A model generated the notes under the pieces. It saw only the letters and a program-made list of their open reading frames with translations, was not told where the DNA came from and made no database searches. Below are positions 50,112 through 62,925 of a stretch of 64,000 nt of DNA, one piece after another; position 1 is the first letter of the stretch, and the number at the start of each line of letters is the position of its first letter. The stretch lies in sequence record SRR31156797_326. The stretch is one strand, 5' to 3'. The position numbers and the translations under genes are program-made.

Positions 50112-51107
50112 TTAGTTTACTTCGGTTACTTCAGGTTTGGTTACTTTATTTTCAACAGCAGGTTTTTGTGGTTCCGTATTCGGCATGGTTCGTTTCACAA
50201 ACTCAACTGCCTGCTCAATACTATTTTCGTTTTCCTCTGGCAATGGTTTAAGCTTGGCAAATTTCACCAGATCTGCCAATTCAAGTATTTCCCTGAGTTT
50301 CTCCAGGTTTGCTTGTTCAATTTTTGCGCCGGCAAACGACCTGATAATCTCCCAGGTTGTCATTTCCATGGCTGCAATGTTGTAAATCCCTTCAACATAC
50401 GTTCTCAGGATATCAGAGATTCTTGAATGATATGCTTTTATCTTATCCTTTTGCCAGAGTTTTTCATCTTTTAGTTTTTCAAGTTCATCGAGTGCAATGC
50501 GATACGGTGGCAGTTTGGGTTTGGGCCTTTTGAAAACCACTGGCTGTCTCGTTTTTCGTTTGCTTAAAAAATAGACAAGCGCAGTACCGGCCAGCAAAAT
50601 GGCTATTCCCAGAATGATCCAGGGAAGCACTTCGGCAAAAGTGAGTGGGGCCGCAATGGGGCCTTTTATAGGCTTAATGGCGGCGGCTGTATCAACCTCC
50701 AAAGTGAAGACGTTGAGCAGGTAAGGCTCTGTTTCAACACTTGTGTTGTAATCCTGTCCATGGAGAAATTCCAGCGGCCTGATCACGTAATAACCCGAAT
50801 CGAATACAGTAAGTTTCAGGATTTGCTCCACATTCATGTATCCATCACCAAGTTTGGTGGTGTCGATCTTTGAACGTTGAACAACTTCAATGTCGTCAGG
50901 AAGGGTATCTCCAATTTTCGGCCACATAAACGGCTCATCCTCAGGAATCTGCAATCGAATCCTGAAATCAACCTGATCTCCAATATCTATTTGATTGGTA
51001 TCGAGTTGCGCATCAACAGTTACTTGTTGAGAAAAGCCGGTCAGCCCCGGTAGCATAAGCAGAATTACCAGATAAGTGCTGAAATGTTTTAACAATTTTC
51101 CTTTCAT
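50112..51107 (-). CDS. Bat-cluster membrane-anchored hypothetical protein
   Basis: Signal peptide, one TM helix, ADLVKFAK motif; lies between DUF58 and batA. Confidence 0.8.
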   Translation of the reverse strand: MKGKLLKHFSTYLVILLMLPGLTGFSQQVTVDAQLDTNQIDIGDQVDFRIRLQIPEDEPFMWPKIGDTLPDDIEVVQRSKIDTTKLGDGYMNVEQILKLTVFDSGYYVIRPLEFLHGQDYNTSVETEPYLLNVFTLEVDTAAAIKPIKGPIAAPLTFAEVLPWIILGIAILLAGTALVYFLSKRKTRQPVVFKRPKPKLPPYRIALDELEKLKDEKLWQKDKIKAYHSRISDILRTYVEGIYNIAAMEMTTWEIIRSFAGAKIEQANLEKLREILELADLVKFAKLKPLPEENENSIEQAVEFVKRTMPNTEPQKPAVENKVTKPEVTEVN

Positions 51108-51115
51108 TTTTTGGC

Positions 51116-51991
51116 TTATTGTCTGGCTTCTCGTTTTTGAAATAGTTTAATGAGTTGTTTCACATAATCCTGGTCGGTACGGATATGGGTTACATCAGTC
51201 CCGGATTTAATGAAAGTACGTTTCAGCCTTTTTTCATTTTCGGTGTACCACTTCCTGTATGTATCCCTTACTGATTTTCTGGTGGTATCCACCCATACGT
51301 TTTTCCCGGTTTCCGCATCCCTGAGTTTGGTCAATCCGATATTGGGTATCTCTGTTTCGCGTTGGTCGAACACCCGGATAGCAGTTACATCGTGTTTATT
51401 GTTGGCGATTTGAAGTGCTTCATCAAAATCAGCATCTATAAAATCTGAGATCACAAATGCGGTACACCTTTTCTTTATGGCATTTGTTAAGTAGCGTAAC
51501 GATTCGGATACTTTGGTGCCATTGTTCTCGCTTTTAAAATCCACCAGTTCACGGATAATCCGCAAGATATGTGAAGAACCCTTTTTAGGTGGAATGAATT
51601 TTTCAATTTTATCACTGAAAAAGATTACCCCGACTTTATCATTGTTTTGTATTGCAGAAAATGCAAGAACTGCCGCAATCTCAGTAATCATTGATTCTTT
51701 CATGGCATTGGTGGTTCCAAATTCGTTGGATCCACTCACATCAATCAGAAGCATCACAGTGAGTTCGCGTTCCTCTTCAAAGATCTTGATGAAAGGATGG
51801 TTGAACCGTGCAGTTACATTCCAGTCGATATTTCGGATGTCGTCGCCATACTGGTATTCCCTAACTTCGCTAAATGCCATACCTCGTCCTTTGAAAGCAC
51901 TGTGGTACTGACCGGAAAAAATCTGGTTGGTCAATCCGCGTGTTTTGATCTCGATCTTTCGTACTTTCTTAAAAATCTCCGAAGTATCCAT
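51116..51991 (-). CDS. DUF58 domain protein
   Basis: FSEVREYQYGDDIRNIDWNVTAR, EEERE, DVSGS. Confidence 0.92.
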   Translation of the reverse strand: MDTSEIFKKVRKIEIKTRGLTNQIFSGQYHSAFKGRGMAFSEVREYQYGDDIRNIDWNVTARFNHPFIKIFEEERELTVMLLIDVSGSNEFGTTNAMKESMITEIAAVLAFSAIQNNDKVGVIFFSDKIEKFIPPKKGSSHILRIIRELVDFKSENNGTKVSESLRYLTNAIKKRCTAFVISDFIDADFDEALQIANNKHDVTAIRVFDQRETEIPNIGLTKLRDAETGKNVWVDTTRKSVRDTYRKWYTENEKRLKRTFIKSGTDVTHIRTDQDYVKQLIKLFQKREARQ

Positions 51992-52053
51992 TTGGATAAT
52001 TTGAAATTAAAAGCTTAATGATTTTGGTAAAATGAAGAATGAATGTGCATTTT

Positions 52054-53046
52054 TTATGGCACATCGATGGTATTGAGAATTTCGTTGATGATATCCTCTG
52101 TGGTAATATTTTCGGCTTCAGCTTCGTAAGTGAGCCCGATACGGTGGCGCATCACATCATGAGCAACTGCCCTGATATCCTCCGGAATTACGTAACCGCG
52201 GCGCTTGATAAATGCGAATGCTTTTGCTGCCAGTGCCATATTGATGGAAGCACGTGGCGATGCCCCATAATTGATCATGCCTTCATACTTAGCGAGTTTG
52301 AACTCTGAAGGGTACCGGGTTGCAAAAACGATATCCGTGATGTAGTTTTCGATTTTTTCATCGAGGTAAACTTCGCGTGTTACTTCACGGGCCTTTAATA
52401 TACTCTCTGGCTTAACCACTTTATTTGGACCAACAGCTGAATGACCGATATTCTGACGCAGAATGATTTTCTCTTCCTCCTTTTCAGGATAGGAAATGAT
52501 GACCTTAAGCATAAAACGGTCGACCTGGGCCTCGGGGAGCGGGTAAGTACCTTCCTGTTCAATGGGGTTTTGTGTGGCCATCACAAGGAATGGCTCCGGA
52601 AGTTTAAATGTTTGATCACCAATGGTAACCTGGCGTTCCTGCATGGCTTCGAGCAGCGCACTTTGTACTTTTGCCGGCGATCTGTTGATCTCATCCGCAA
52701 GTATGAAGTTGGAAAAAATCGGCCCCTGCCTTACCACAAATTCTTCATTTTTCTGACTGTAAATCAAAGTACCCAAAAGGTCGGCGGGCAGGAGGTCCGG
52801 AGTGAACTGAATCCGGCTGTAGCCTGCATCGATAGATTTTGCCAGCGATTTAATGGCGAGGGTTTTGGCCAGACCCGGAACACCTTCAAGTAAAATATGT
52901 CCATCGGCAAGCAGGCCAATGAGCAATCGCTCAACCATGTGTTTTTGCCCAACGATAACCTTGTTCATTTCAAGGTTGATCAGGTCGATAAATGCGCTTT
53001 CCTGCTGAATCTTTTCATTTAATTCTCTGATGCTTGTATCGATCAT
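52054..53046 (-). CDS. moxR: MoxR family AAA+ ATPase
   Basis: GVPGLAKT, RIQFTPDLLP, ADEINR, ATQNPIEQEGTYPLPEAQVDRF. Confidence 0.95.
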   Translation of the reverse strand: MIDTSIRELNEKIQQESAFIDLINLEMNKVIVGQKHMVERLLIGLLADGHILLEGVPGLAKTLAIKSLAKSIDAGYSRIQFTPDLLPADLLGTLIYSQKNEEFVVRQGPIFSNFILADEINRSPAKVQSALLEAMQERQVTIGDQTFKLPEPFLVMATQNPIEQEGTYPLPEAQVDRFMLKVIISYPEKEEEKIILRQNIGHSAVGPNKVVKPESILKAREVTREVYLDEKIENYITDIVFATRYPSEFKLAKYEGMINYGASPRASINMALAAKAFAFIKRRGYVIPEDIRAVAHDVMRHRIGLTYEAEAENITTEDIINEILNTIDVP

Positions 53047-53068
53047 TTGTCAACTGTTTTTTGATGCA

Positions 53069-53076
53069 CAAAGATA
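53069..53076 (-). promoter_or_regulatory. Bacteroidota -7 promoter element for the moxR-bat operon
   Basis: CAAAGATA reads TATCTTTG on the minus strand. Confidence 0.65.
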
Positions 53077-53109
53077 ACTCTGCACTATTTTTCAAATTAT
53101 TGGCCTGTA

Positions 53110-53146
53110 GTTAAATATTGTTAATCCTGCTGTTAACATACGTTAA
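53110..53146. promoter_or_regulatory. Phased GTTAA repeats
   Basis: GTTAA at 53110, 53120, 53132 and 53142. Confidence 0.45.
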
Positions 53147-53222
53147 CCCTATCAACTGTTGAAATGCTTTATAATTCAACGTTTCAGCGGATTGTGTTAA
53201 TCTGCTAACAATTACTTAAAAC

Positions 53223-53252
53223 AAAAAAACGGCATATTAATTATGCCGTTTT
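53223..53252 (-). terminator. Intrinsic terminator after DUF3467 gene
   Basis: AAAACGGCATA-ttaat-TATGCCGTTTT with an A run on the left. Confidence 0.75.
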
Positions 53253-53276
53253 ACAATAAAAAAATTTAGTCATTTA

Positions 53277-53591
53277 TTAAGCCTGTGCAGTTGGTCCGCC
53301 CAGCTTAAAAGGCATATTTTCCATCTCCGATTCTTTGATGGCTCCATGCATCGATTCGAATTTCTTCACATTTTCCTGTAATGCCTTTAGCAGTTTTTTG
53401 GCATGCTGGGGTGTAAGAATAATTCTTGATTTCACTTTGGCTTTAGGAATGCCCGGAAGCATTTTAATAAAATCCACCACAAATTCTGATCGTGAATGCT
53501 GAATGATGGCCAGATTTGCATAGATACCTTCTGCAACTTCATCTGGCAATTCGATGTTTAGTTTTCCCTGTTTTTGTTTGTTTGGTTCCAT
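53277..53591 (-). CDS. DUF3467 domain protein
   Basis: AEGIYANLAII.HS.SEFVVDF, KVKSRIILTPQHAK; typical position after rpoC in Bacteroidota. Confidence 0.85.
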   Translation of the reverse strand: MEPNKQKQGKLNIELPDEVAEGIYANLAIIQHSRSEFVVDFIKMLPGIPKAKVKSRIILTPQHAKKLLKALQENVKKFESMHGAIKESEMENMPFKLGGPTAQA

Positions 53592-53615
53592 TGTATTGTG
53601 TTTTTGTATTTGGCT

Positions 53616-53657
53616 AAAAAAATGAAAACCAAAAGAGTTGCTCTTCTGGTTTTCATT
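53616..53657 (-). terminator. Terminator after rpoC
   Basis: AATGAAAACCA.AAGAG-ttg-CTCTT.TGGTTTTCATT stem with a T run on the minus strand. Confidence 0.7.
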
Positions 53658-53676
53658 AGCTATTGTTTATTTTAAT

Positions 53677-56600
53677 TTAGAATTCCTGGCGTTGACGGGG
53701 ATGAACCAGAGTTTCGTATTCCTCTTTGGAGCCAACGATAAGATCTTCGTATTCGCGTAAACCTGTACCTGCTGGTATTTTGTGACCAACAATTACGTTT
53801 TCTTTCAGGCCATTCAGGGTGTCGCTTTTTGCGTTGATCGACGCATTTGTGAGCACCTTTGTGGTTTCCTGGAAAGATGCAGCTGAAATAAAGCTGTTGG
53901 TTTGAAGCGATGCTTTGGTAATACCCTGCAGTACCTGACGGGCTGTTGCAGGTTGTGCATCCCTTGAATCGATCAGCTTTTTATCCTTACGCTTAAGTTG
54001 TGATATTTCGTCCCTGAGTTTTCTTGCAGAAACGATTTGTCCGGCTTTGAAAATGCTTGAATCACCGGGTTCGATGATAACCTTCTTGCCAAAGATCCAG
54101 TCGTTTTCTTCCTGGAAACCGATCTTATTCACGAGCTCTTTTTCGAGGAATTTTGTATCGCCCGGATCAGCCACTTCAACTTTCCGCATCATCTGACGTA
54201 CGATTACCTCGAAGTGCTTATCGTTGATCTTTACACCCTGAAGACGATATACCTCCTGGATTTCATTAACGATGTATTCCTGTACTTTCATCGGACCTTT
54301 AATAGCAAGGATGTCAGCAGGTGTTAATGCTCCTTCCGAAAGTGGAGTACCGGCCTTAACAAAGTCGTTTTCCTGAGCCAGGATTTGTTTTGTTGTAGGA
54401 ATGAGGTAACGCTTTTCTTCGCCGGTTTTTGAGGTGATGATCACCTCTTTGTTACCACGCTTCAGTTTTTTACCAAATGAAACGATACCATCAATTTCTG
54501 ATACTTTGGCTGGATCTGACGGGTTACGTGCTTCGAATAGCTCAGTAACCCGTGGCAGACCACCCGTGATATCACCTGATTTACCAATTGTACGTGGAAT
54601 TTTTACGAGGATGTCACCAGGTTTTACTTCCTGTCCTTCATCAACAGAAATGTGAGCTCCTGTTGGGAGGTCATAAACCCTGATTTCCTCACCACTGGCG
54701 TCCAAAACGCTTATTGAAGGATTCTTGGTTTTTTGCTTGGTCTCGATAATAACCTTTTCATTGTATCCGGTTTGCTCATCAGATTCAACACGATAGGTTT
54801 TACCTTCAACCACATTGTTAAACCTCAGTTTACCGCCAGCATCCGAAATAATGACGGCGTTATAGGGGTCCCAAATACAAACGGTTTCGCCTTTCTTGAT
54901 CTTATCACCCGATGCGTAATAGAGGTTTGAACCATACGGAATATTATTTGAAGCCAGTGAAATACCGGTCTTTTCATCAACAATCCGCATCTCTGCCGAA
55001 CGGCCAATTACAACATGGTATTTCTTCCCTTCGCTGTTTGTGTAAGGTACACTTCTTAATTCATCAATATGCAGAATACCATCAAATTTGGCTTCAATTT
55101 TTGATTGTGATGAGATGTTACCACCTGCAACACCACCAACGTGGAATGTACGCAATGTAAGCTGTGTACCCGGTTCACCAATTGACTGTGCTGCAATTAC
55201 ACCAACAGCTTCACCTTTTTGTACCATCTTACCTGAGGCCAGGTTACGGCCATAACATTTGGCACAAACACCTGTTTTGGCTTCGCAGGTTAATACCGAC
55301 CTTATTTCCACAGATTCAATTGGAGAATCTTCAATTACCCTTGAAATTTCCTCCGTGAGCTCTTCACCGGCGGCAATAATCAGTGTGCCGTCTATTGGAT
55401 GGTATACGTCGTGAAGAGTTGTACGTCCAAGAACCCTGTCATAAAGGGTTTCAACAACCTCTTCATTTTTCTTCAATGCTGTTGTTGTGAGTCCACGAAG
55501 TGTTCCGCAGTCTCTTTCTGAAATTATAACATCCTGTGCAACATCAACAAGACGACGGGTAAGATAACCGGCATCAGCTGTTTTAAGCGCAGTATCAGCA
55601 AGACCTTTACGTGCACCGTGCGTGGAGATAAAATATTCAAGTACGGTTAGCCCTTCCTTAAAGTTTGAAAGAATCGGGTTTTCGATAATTTCACCACCTG
55701 TTGCGCCGGATTTCTGAGGCTTAGCCATCAATCCACGCATTCCGGACAACTGCCTGATCTGTTCTTTACTACCACGAGCTCCGGAGTCAAGCATCATGTA
55801 AACGGAATTAAATCCCTGCTTGTCTTTCGAGAGCTGATCCATCAGGGTGCGGGTCAGTTTAGAGTTGGTATGTGTCCAGATATCAAGGATCTGGTTATAA
55901 CGTTCGTTTCCGGTAATGAAACCCATGCTGTAGTTGGCCAGCACTTCATCTACCTCTTCGTTGGCCTGTGAAACAAGCTCACCTTTAACTTCGGGGATAA
56001 TCACGTCACCAAGGTTAAACGACAATCCACCACGGAATGCCATGGTAAATCCGAGCTTCTTAATATCATCCAAAAATTTTGAGGTTGTGGCCGTATCCGT
56101 TTTTTTCAGGATTGCACCAATAATGTCACGAAGTGCTTTTTTGGTGAGCAACTGGTTAATATATCCAAATTCCTCTGGAACAACCTGGTTGAAAATCACG
56201 CGTCCAACGGTAGTTTCTGTCAACTCGTATTTTACACTTCCATCATCCTGAATGATCGGGAGGCGGACATTAATAATAGCATGGAGGTCAACCCTGCTTT
56301 CATTGTGCGCAATGATAACCTCTTCAGGTGAATAAAACTTGAATCCTTCTCCTTTAACAGGATTATCAGCAACGTGTTTCCTTGCTTTGGTGATATAATA
56401 TAATCCAAGAACCATATCCTGCGATGGTACCGCAATCGGAGCACCGTTGGCAGGGTTCAGGATGTTGTGTGATGCAAGCATCAAGAGCTGTGCTTCAAGA
56501 ATAGCTGCATTTCCAAGCGGAACGTGCACAGCCATCTGGTCACCGTCGAAGTCAGCATTAAACGCTGTACATGCCAGTGGGTGAAGCTGAATGGCCTTAC

Positions 56601-57975
56601 CTTCGATAAGTTTAGGCTGGAAGGCCTGTATACCCAAACGGTGAAGGGTAGGAGCACGGTTGAGCAATACCGGATGTCCCTTCAGAATACTTTCGAGGAT
56701 ATCCCAAACAACCGGATCTTTACGGTCAACAATTTTCTTGGCTGATTTTACTGTCTTTACAATACCCCGCTCAAGCATTTTGCGGATAATGAATGGCTTG
56801 AATAACTCAGAAGCCATTCCTTTGGGTAATCCGCATTCGTTTAAACTAAGTTCCGGGCCAACAACAATAACCGAACGGCCTGAATAGTCAACACGTTTAC
56901 CAAGCAGGTTTTGACGGAATCGGCCCTGCTTACCTTTGAGGCTGTCACTTAATGACTTGAGAGCACGGTTTGATTCAGTTTTTACGGCATTGGCTTTTCT
57001 TGAATTGTCGAAAAGGGAGTCAACTGCTTCCTGGAGCATTCGTTTTTCATTACGCATGATCACGTCCGGAGCCTTGATTTCAATAAGTCGCTTCAAGCGA
57101 TTATTACGAATGATGACTCTTCGGTAGAGGTCGTTCAGGTCGGATGTGGCAAACCGGCCACCATCCAGCGGAACCAACGGACGAAGTTCTGGCGGAATTA
57201 CCGGAACAACTTTCACGATCATCCATTCAGGTCGGTTTTCAATGCGGTTGCGCGCATCCCTGAAAGCTTCAACCACCTGCAGACGTTTCAGCGCTTCGGC
57301 TTTACGCTGCTGAGAGGTTTCGTTGTTTGCTTTGTCGCGCAGGGTGTATGACAGGGTGTCGAGGTCAAGACGGGCAAGCAAATCATGCAATGCTTCTGCC
57401 CCCATCTTGGCAATAAACTTATTGGGATCGGTATCGTCGAGATACTGGTTTTCAGGCGGAATTGTTTCCATGATATCGAAATACTCTTCTTCAGTCAGGA
57501 AGTCGAGATATTCAATGCCATCATCAGCCTTAATACCAGGGTTGATCACAACATATCTTTCATAATATATAATGGAATCGAGCTTCTTGGTTTGCAATCC
57601 AAGCAGTGCACCGATCTTATTCGGAAGCGACCTGAAAAACCAGATATGTGCTACGGGTACAACCAACTGGATGTGGCCTGCACGTTCACGTCTTACTTTC
57701 TTTTCGGTAACTTCCACACCACAACGGTCGCAAACGATACCCTTGTAACGGATACGCTTGTACTTACCACAGTGACATTCCCAGTCTTTCACCGGGCCAA
57801 AAATCCGCTCACAGAACAACCCGTCTCGTTCGGGTTTGTATGTTCTGTAATTGATGGTTTCGGGTTTCAAAACTTCACCGTGCGAACGTTCCAGGATCGT
57901 TTCAGGTGAAGAGAGGCTAATAGTAATTTGCGAAAAATCGCTTTTTACAAGGTTTGTTTCTTTTCTAAAAGCCAT
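53677..57975 (-). CDS. rpoC: RNA polymerase beta' subunit
   Basis: [24 protein letters not shown]. Confidence 0.99.
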   Translation of the reverse strand: MAFRKETNLVKSDFSQITISLSSPETILERSHGEVLKPETINYRTYKPERDGLFCERIFGPVKDWECHCGKYKRIRYKGIVCDRCGVEVTEKKVRRERAGHIQLVVPVAHIWFFRSLPNKIGALLGLQTKKLDSIIYYERYVVINPGIKADDGIEYLDFLTEEEYFDIMETIPPENQYLDDTDPNKFIAKMGAEALHDLLARLDLDTLSYTLRDKANNETSQQRKAEALKRLQVVEAFRDARNRIENRPEWMIVKVVPVIPPELRPLVPLDGGRFATSDLNDLYRRVIIRNNRLKRLIEIKAPDVIMRNEKRMLQEAVDSLFDNSRKANAVKTESNRALKSLSDSLKGKQGRFRQNLLGKRVDYSGRSVIVVGPELSLNECGLPKGMASELFKPFIIRKMLERGIVKTVKSAKKIVDRKDPVVWDILESILKGHPVLLNRAPTLHRLGIQAFQPKLIEGKAIQLHPLACTAFNADFDGDQMAVHVPLGNAAILEAQLLMLASHNILNPANGAPIAVPSQDMVLGLYYITKARKHVADNPVKGEGFKFYSPEEVIIAHNESRVDLHAIINVRLPIIQDDGSVKYELTETTVGRVIFNQVVPEEFGYINQLLTKKALRDIIGAILKKTDTATTSKFLDDIKKLGFTMAFRGGLSFNLGDVIIPEVKGELVSQANEEVDEVLANYSMGFITGNERYNQILDIWTHTNSKLTRTLMDQLSKDKQGFNSVYMMLDSGARGSKEQIRQLSGMRGLMAKPQKSGATGGEIIENPILSNFKEGLTVLEYFISTHGARKGLADTALKTADAGYLTRRLVDVAQDVIISERDCGTLRGLTTTALKKNEEVVETLYDRVLGRTTLHDVYHPIDGTLIIAAGEELTEEISRVIEDSPIESVEIRSVLTCEAKTGVCAKCYGRNLASGKMVQKGEAVGVIAAQSIGEPGTQLTLRTFHVGGVAGGNISSQSKIEAKFDGILHIDELRSVPYTNSEGKKYHVVIGRSAEMRIVDEKTGISLASNNIPYGSNLYYASGDKIKKGETVCIWDPYNAVIISDAGGKLRFNNVVEGKTYRVESDEQTGYNEKVIIETKQKTKNPSISVLDASGEEIRVYDLPTGAHISVDEGQEVKPGDILVKIPRTIGKSGDITGGLPRVTELFEARNPSDPAKVSEIDGIVSFGKKLKRGNKEVIITSKTGEEKRYLIPTTKQILAQENDFVKAGTPLSEGALTPADILAIKGPMKVQEYIVNEIQEVYRLQGVKINDKHFEVIVRQMMRKVEVADPGDTKFLEKELVNKIGFQEENDWIFGKKVIIEPGDSSIFKAGQIVSARKLRDEISQLKRKDKKLIDSRDAQPATARQVLQGITKASLQTNSFISAASFQETTKVLTNASINAKSDTLNGLKENVIVGHKIPAGTGLREYEDLIVGSKEEYETLVHPRQRQEF

Positions 57976-58030
57976 TAAATTATGTTTAAGTTATTGGTTT
58001 AAAATTCAATGATCAATACTACAATGAATA

Positions 58031-61000
58031 TTAATCAAAAGTTACATTGAGGCCAAGTCCACGAAGTTCGTGAACAAGAACGTTGAACGATTCCGGAATA
58101 CCGGGTCGTGGCATCGGATCACCTTTTACGATTGACTCGTAGGCTTTTGCACGACCGATAACATCATCGGATTTAACTGTGAGGATTTCCTGCAACACAT
58201 TTGATGCACCATAAGCCTCGATGGCCCAAACCTCCATCTCACCAAAACGCTGTCCACCAAACTGTGCTTTACCACCAAGTGGCTGCTGCGTAATCAGTGA
58301 GTATGGTCCGATTGACCTGGCGTGCATTTTATCGTCAACCATGTGGTGTAGCTTCAGCATGTAGATATATCCTACCGTAGCCGGTTGGTGGAAACGTTCT
58401 CCGGTTCCGCCGTCATAGAGGTAAGCTTTACCGTTTTCTGGTAATCCGGCCTTATCCAGGTATTCGTTGATATGCTCAACGCCTGCACCATCAAAAATTG
58501 GTGTCGCGAATTTTTTACCCAACTTTTTTCCAGCCCAGCCCAGAACTGTTTCATAAATCTGTCCGAGGTTCATCCTTGAAGGCACACCCAGCGGATTTAA
58601 TACAATATCTACAGGTGTTCCATCTTTGAGGAATGGCATATCCTCTTCGCGTACGATCTTAGCAACGATACCTTTGTTACCGTGACGACCGGCCATTTTA
58701 TCACCAACCTTAAGCTTACGCTTTTTGGCCACATAAACCTTCGCCATCTTCACGATTCCGTTTGGCAGATCATCACCGACTGTGGCTACAAACTTCTTAC
58801 GGTTAAAAATACCAAGCACCTCTTTGTACTTGATCACATAGTTATTGATCAGTTCTCCGATGAGGTTGTTTTTTTCCTTATCGGTTGTCCATTTATTTGG
58901 ATTAACTGTCAGGTAATCGATTCCAAGCAACATTTTCTGTGTGAACTTGGCTTTTTTCGGTACAACTTCATCCTTAAAATTGTTGTACACGCCCTGAGAA
59001 ACTTTTCCACTAACCAAAACCATCAGCTTGTCGACAAGCTTGTTTTTGATCGCGGTCGATTCCTTTTTAAATTCCTTTTCGAGTTCGGTGATATCGTCTT
59101 TTTCTTTTCCTTTGGTCCGTCTGTCGCGGATGATCCTTGAGAAAAGTTTTTTCTCAATTACCACACCCTGCATCGATGGTGGTGCCTTGAGTGAGGCATC
59201 TTTCACATCACCAGCCTTGTCACCAAAGATAGCCCTGAGCAGTTTTTCTTCAGGAGTTGGGTCGGATTCACCTTTTGGGGTGATTTTTCCGATCAGTATA
59301 TCACCCTCAGTTACCTCAGCACCAATTCTGATCAGGCCGTTTTCATCCAGATCTTTTGTGGCTTCTGAAGAAACATTTGGAATATCGTTGGTCAACTCTT
59401 CCACACCGCGTTTGGTATCACGCACTTCAAGCACAAATTCTTCAATATGCACGGAAGTGAAAACATCATCCTTAACTACTTTCTCAGAAAGTACGATGGC
59501 ATCCTCAAAGTTGTAACCTTTCCAGGGCATGAAAGCAACCATCAGGTTACGGCCAAGTGCAAGTTCGCCGTCACGTGTTGCGTACCCTTCACATAAAGGT
59601 TGACCGTTCTCAACCTTCTGACCTTTTTTAACAATAGGCCTCAGGTTAATGGATGTATTTTGATTTGTACGTTGGAACTTTGTAAGCTTGTATGTTTTCT
59701 TGTCGTCATCAAAGCTTACCAGTCTTTCGTTTTCATGGCGTGAATAATGGACTGTTATTTCATTGGCATCAACGTATTCAACAATTCCATCACCTTCAGC
59801 CTGGATAAGAACCCTTGAATCCCGCGCAACAGCGCCTTCAATGCCGGTCCCAACAATTGGGGCTTCAGCTTTGAGTAACGGCACAGCCTGACGCATCATG
59901 TTCGATCCCATCAAAGCACGGTTAGCATCATCGTGCTCGAGGAACGGAATCAGCGAGGCAGCTACTGAGGCAATCTGGTTTGGCGCCATATCGATGAAGT
60001 CAACGTTTGTCCGTTCTTCAATCGGATAATCGGCCTGGAACCTTACTTTAACCTTATCGCGGACAAACTCACCTGAATCATTCAACAATGAGTTTGCCTG
60101 AGCAATAATTTTATTTTCTTCTTCCTCAGCGCTCAGGTATGTTTCTTCCTCTTCAAGTTGGACCACACCTTTTTCTACGCGTTTGTACGGCGTTTCTATA
60201 AAACCGAGTTTATTGATCTTAGCAAATACACAAAGTGATGAGATCAGGCCAATATTCGGCCCCTCAGGAGTTTCGATGGTACAAAGTCGGCCATAGTGCG
60301 TGTAGTGAACGTCACGAACCTCAAATCCGGCACGCTCTCTTGACAAACCACCAGGTCCCAATGCAGAAACACGTCTTTTATGTGTTAACTCCGAGAGTGG
60401 GTTGGTTTGATCCATAAACTGTGAAAGCTGATTGGTGCCAAAGAATGAATTAATTACTGATGACAGTGTTTTGGCATTAATCAGATCTGTAGGAGTAAAC
60501 ACCTCGTTGTCCCTCACATTCATCCTTTCGCGAATGGTACGGGCCATACGGGCCAGACCCACGCCAAACTGAGCATAAAGTTGCTCGCCCACTGTACGTA
60601 CACGACGGTTACTCAGGTGGTCGATATCATCAACTTCACGTTTGGCATTCACCATCTCAATCAGGTACTTGATGATGGAGATGATGTCGTCCTTGGTAAG
60701 TACTTTCGTATCCATTGGAACATCAAGGTGCAATTTCTTGTTGATCCTGTAGCGACCTACATCGCCAAGGTCATACCTTTTGTCTGAAAAGAAAAGCTTT
60801 TCGATGATTCCGCGGGCAGTTTCTTCATCCGGTGGTTCGGCATTACGCAACTGGCGGTAAATAAATTCAACAGCTTCTTTTTCAGTGTTGGTGGTATCTT
60901 TTTGCAGGGTATTGAAGATAATGGAGTAATCGATGCTGTCGGCTTCATCTTTGTGAACCAATACTGTTTCAACGCCTGATTCAGCAATTTGATCAATATG

Positions 61001-61837
61001 ACTCTGTTCAAGAACAGTTTCACGGTCGATGATAACCTCGGTTCTTTCGATGGAAACCACCTCACCGGTATCTTCGTCCACAAAATCTTCGATCCATGAT
61101 CTTACAACTCTCGCAGCCAGTCGGCTACCAATACATTTTTTCAGGTTTGTTTTTGTTGCTTTAACTTCCTGAGCAAGGTCGAAAATCTCCAGGATGTCTT
61201 TATCACTTTCATAACCGATAGCCCTCAGCAGTGTGGTAACAGGCAATTTCTTTTTCCTGTCGATGTAAGCATACATCACCTGGTTAATATCGGTGGTAAA
61301 CTCCATCCATGATCCTTTGAAAGGAATGATCCTGGCTGAGAAAAGTTGTTGTCCATTGGCGTGATAGCTGGTGCCAAAAAATGCACCTGGAGAACGGTGT
61401 AGTTGTGAAACCACAACACGTTCAGCACCGTTAACTACAAAGGTGCCCTTAGGGGTCATGTAGGGTATTTGTCCGAGGTATACATCCTGGATAATGGTTT
61501 CGAAGTCTTCGTGTTCAGGGTCTGTACAGTAAAGTTTCAGTTTCGCTTTAAGCGGAACACTGTAGGTTAGCCCTCTTTCGATACATTCTTCGATTGAATA
61601 CCTGGGTGGGTCAATAAAATAATCCAGAAACTCAAGTACAAAGTTATTCCTGGCATCCGTAATCGGGAAGTTTTCACTGAAAACCTTGTAAAGCCCTTCG
61701 TCTATGCGATTTTCAGGGTTGGTTTCCAATTGGAAAAAGTCCTGGAAAGATTTTAATTGAATGTCGAGGAAATCAGGATATTCTGATTTAATTTTTGTTC
61801 TTGAGAAACTTATTCTTTCAGCAAATTCCTTAGCCAA
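58031..61837 (-). CDS. rpoB: RNA polymerase beta subunit
   Basis: [34 protein letters not shown] start. Confidence 0.99.
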   Translation of the reverse strand: MAKEFAERISFSRTKIKSEYPDFLDIQLKSFQDFFQLETNPENRIDEGLYKVFSENFPITDARNNFVLEFLDYFIDPPRYSIEECIERGLTYSVPLKAKLKLYCTDPEHEDFETIIQDVYLGQIPYMTPKGTFVVNGAERVVVSQLHRSPGAFFGTSYHANGQQLFSARIIPFKGSWMEFTTDINQVMYAYIDRKKKLPVTTLLRAIGYESDKDILEIFDLAQEVKATKTNLKKCIGSRLAARVVRSWIEDFVDEDTGEVVSIERTEVIIDRETVLEQSHIDQIAESGVETVLVHKDEADSIDYSIIFNTLQKDTTNTEKEAVEFIYRQLRNAEPPDEETARGIIEKLFFSDKRYDLGDVGRYRINKKLHLDVPMDTKVLTKDDIISIIKYLIEMVNAKREVDDIDHLSNRRVRTVGEQLYAQFGVGLARMARTIRERMNVRDNEVFTPTDLINAKTLSSVINSFFGTNQLSQFMDQTNPLSELTHKRRVSALGPGGLSRERAGFEVRDVHYTHYGRLCTIETPEGPNIGLISSLCVFAKINKLGFIETPYKRVEKGVVQLEEEETYLSAEEEENKIIAQANSLLNDSGEFVRDKVKVRFQADYPIEERTNVDFIDMAPNQIASVAASLIPFLEHDDANRALMGSNMMRQAVPLLKAEAPIVGTGIEGAVARDSRVLIQAEGDGIVEYVDANEITVHYSRHENERLVSFDDDKKTYKLTKFQRTNQNTSINLRPIVKKGQKVENGQPLCEGYATRDGELALGRNLMVAFMPWKGYNFEDAIVLSEKVVKDDVFTSVHIEEFVLEVRDTKRGVEELTNDIPNVSSEATKDLDENGLIRIGAEVTEGDILIGKITPKGESDPTPEEKLLRAIFGDKAGDVKDASLKAPPSMQGVVIEKKLFSRIIRDRRTKGKEKDDITELEKEFKKESTAIKNKLVDKLMVLVSGKVSQGVYNNFKDEVVPKKAKFTQKMLLGIDYLTVNPNKWTTDKEKNNLIGELINNYVIKYKEVLGIFNRKKFVATVGDDLPNGIVKMAKVYVAKKRKLKVGDKMAGRHGNKGIVAKIVREEDMPFLKDGTPVDIVLNPLGVPSRMNLGQIYETVLGWAGKKLGKKFATPIFDGAGVEHINEYLDKAGLPENGKAYLYDGGTGERFHQPATVGYIYMLKLHHMVDDKMHARSIGPYSLITQQPLGGKAQFGGQRFGEMEVWAIEAYGASNVLQEILTVKSDDVIGRAKAYESIVKGDPMPRPGIPESFNVLVHELRGLGLNVTFD

Positions 61838-61898
61838 TGTTGTAAAATTTTGATTATGAATAAGATATGATTTTTCGAGAACGGAGTTCTCTAATACA

Positions 61899-61947
61899 AA
61901 GAAATATAGACCCTGTACAGCTAAGCTGACAGAAGCCTATATTTCTT
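61899..61947 (-). terminator. rplL-rpoB attenuator-like hairpin
   Basis: AAGAAATATAG...CTATATTTCTT 11-bp outer stem with an inner paired region. Confidence 0.55.
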
Positions 61948-61967
61948 ATAGTTAGCTTTTATGAAAG

Positions 61968-62348
61968 TTACTTTACTTCCACTTCGGCACCAGCCTCTTC
62001 GAGTTGAGATTTGAGTGCTTCGGCTTCGTCTTTCGATACGCCTTCTTTGATAGCTTTTGGAGCAGAATCAACAAGAGCTTTGGCTTCTTTAAGTCCAAGG
62101 CTTGTAAGTTCTTTAACAAGTTTAACAACGGCAAGCTTAGATTGGCCGGCTGCTTTGATGATCACATCAAATTCTGTTTGTTCTTCAGCGCCAGCTTCTT
62201 CGCCACCACCTGCTGCAGGGCCAGCTACTGCTACTGCTGCTGCTGCGGGCTCGATTCCGTAATCTTCTTTTAAGATTTCAGCGAGTTCGTTAACTTCTTT
62301 TACTGTCAGACCTACTAATTGTTCTGCAAATGCTTTTAAATCTGCCAT
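61968..62348 (-). CDS. rplL: 50S ribosomal protein L7/L12
   Basis: [23 protein letters not shown]. Confidence 0.98.
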   Translation of the reverse strand: MADLKAFAEQLVGLTVKEVNELAEILKEDYGIEPAAAAVAVAGPAAGGGEEAGAEEQTEFDVIIKAAGQSKLAVVKLVKELTSLGLKEAKALVDSAPKAIKEGVSKDEAEALKSQLEEAGAEVEVK

Positions 62349-62394
62349 TTTAATATCTGTTTTAATGAATGTTCTTTAAAATTGAAATAGTAAA

Positions 62395-62925
62395 TTATGC
62401 TTCTTCTTTCTCTGAAAGTGTTTGTAGAATTCCTGTCAAGGTCTGTCCTCCTGACTGAAGTGCAGAAACAACGTTCTTGGCAGGTGACTGAAGCAGTGCG
62501 ATAATGTCGGCGATCAACTCATTCTTCGACTTGATATTTTCGAGAATGTCAAGCTGGTTTTCACCAATGTAGGTTGATTCTTCAACATATGCACCTTTCA
62601 GTATAGGCTTCTCTGATTTAAACTTCTTGCGAAATTCTTTAATCAGTTTAGCCGGGGCGTTTCCTACTTCTGTAAACATAACAGAAGTGGGTCCTTTGAG
62701 AATGTCAAATAGTTCCTCAAAATCCCTGTCAGATTTCTCCATTGCTTTTCTGAGCAGCGTATTTTTAACAACCAACAGTTTAATGTCTTTGCTAAAACAC
62801 ATTCTTCTCAAATTGCTCGTGGATTCAGAGTCAAGGTCCTCAATATTTGCAAGATAAAAATTGGGGTTTTCCTTGAGCTTTGCCGACAATGTTTCTATCG
62901 CTTGATGTTTTTCCTCTCTGGTCAT
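62395..62925 (-). CDS. rplJ: 50S ribosomal protein L10
   Basis: VVKNTLL motif; position between rplA and rplL. Confidence 0.96.
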   Translation of the reverse strand: MTREEKHQAIETLSAKLKENPNFYLANIEDLDSESTSNLRRMCFSKDIKLLVVKNTLLRKAMEKSDRDFEELFDILKGPTSVMFTEVGNAPAKLIKEFRKKFKSEKPILKGAYVEESTYIGENQLDILENIKSKNELIADIIALLQSPAKNVVSALQSGGQTLTGILQTLSEKEEA

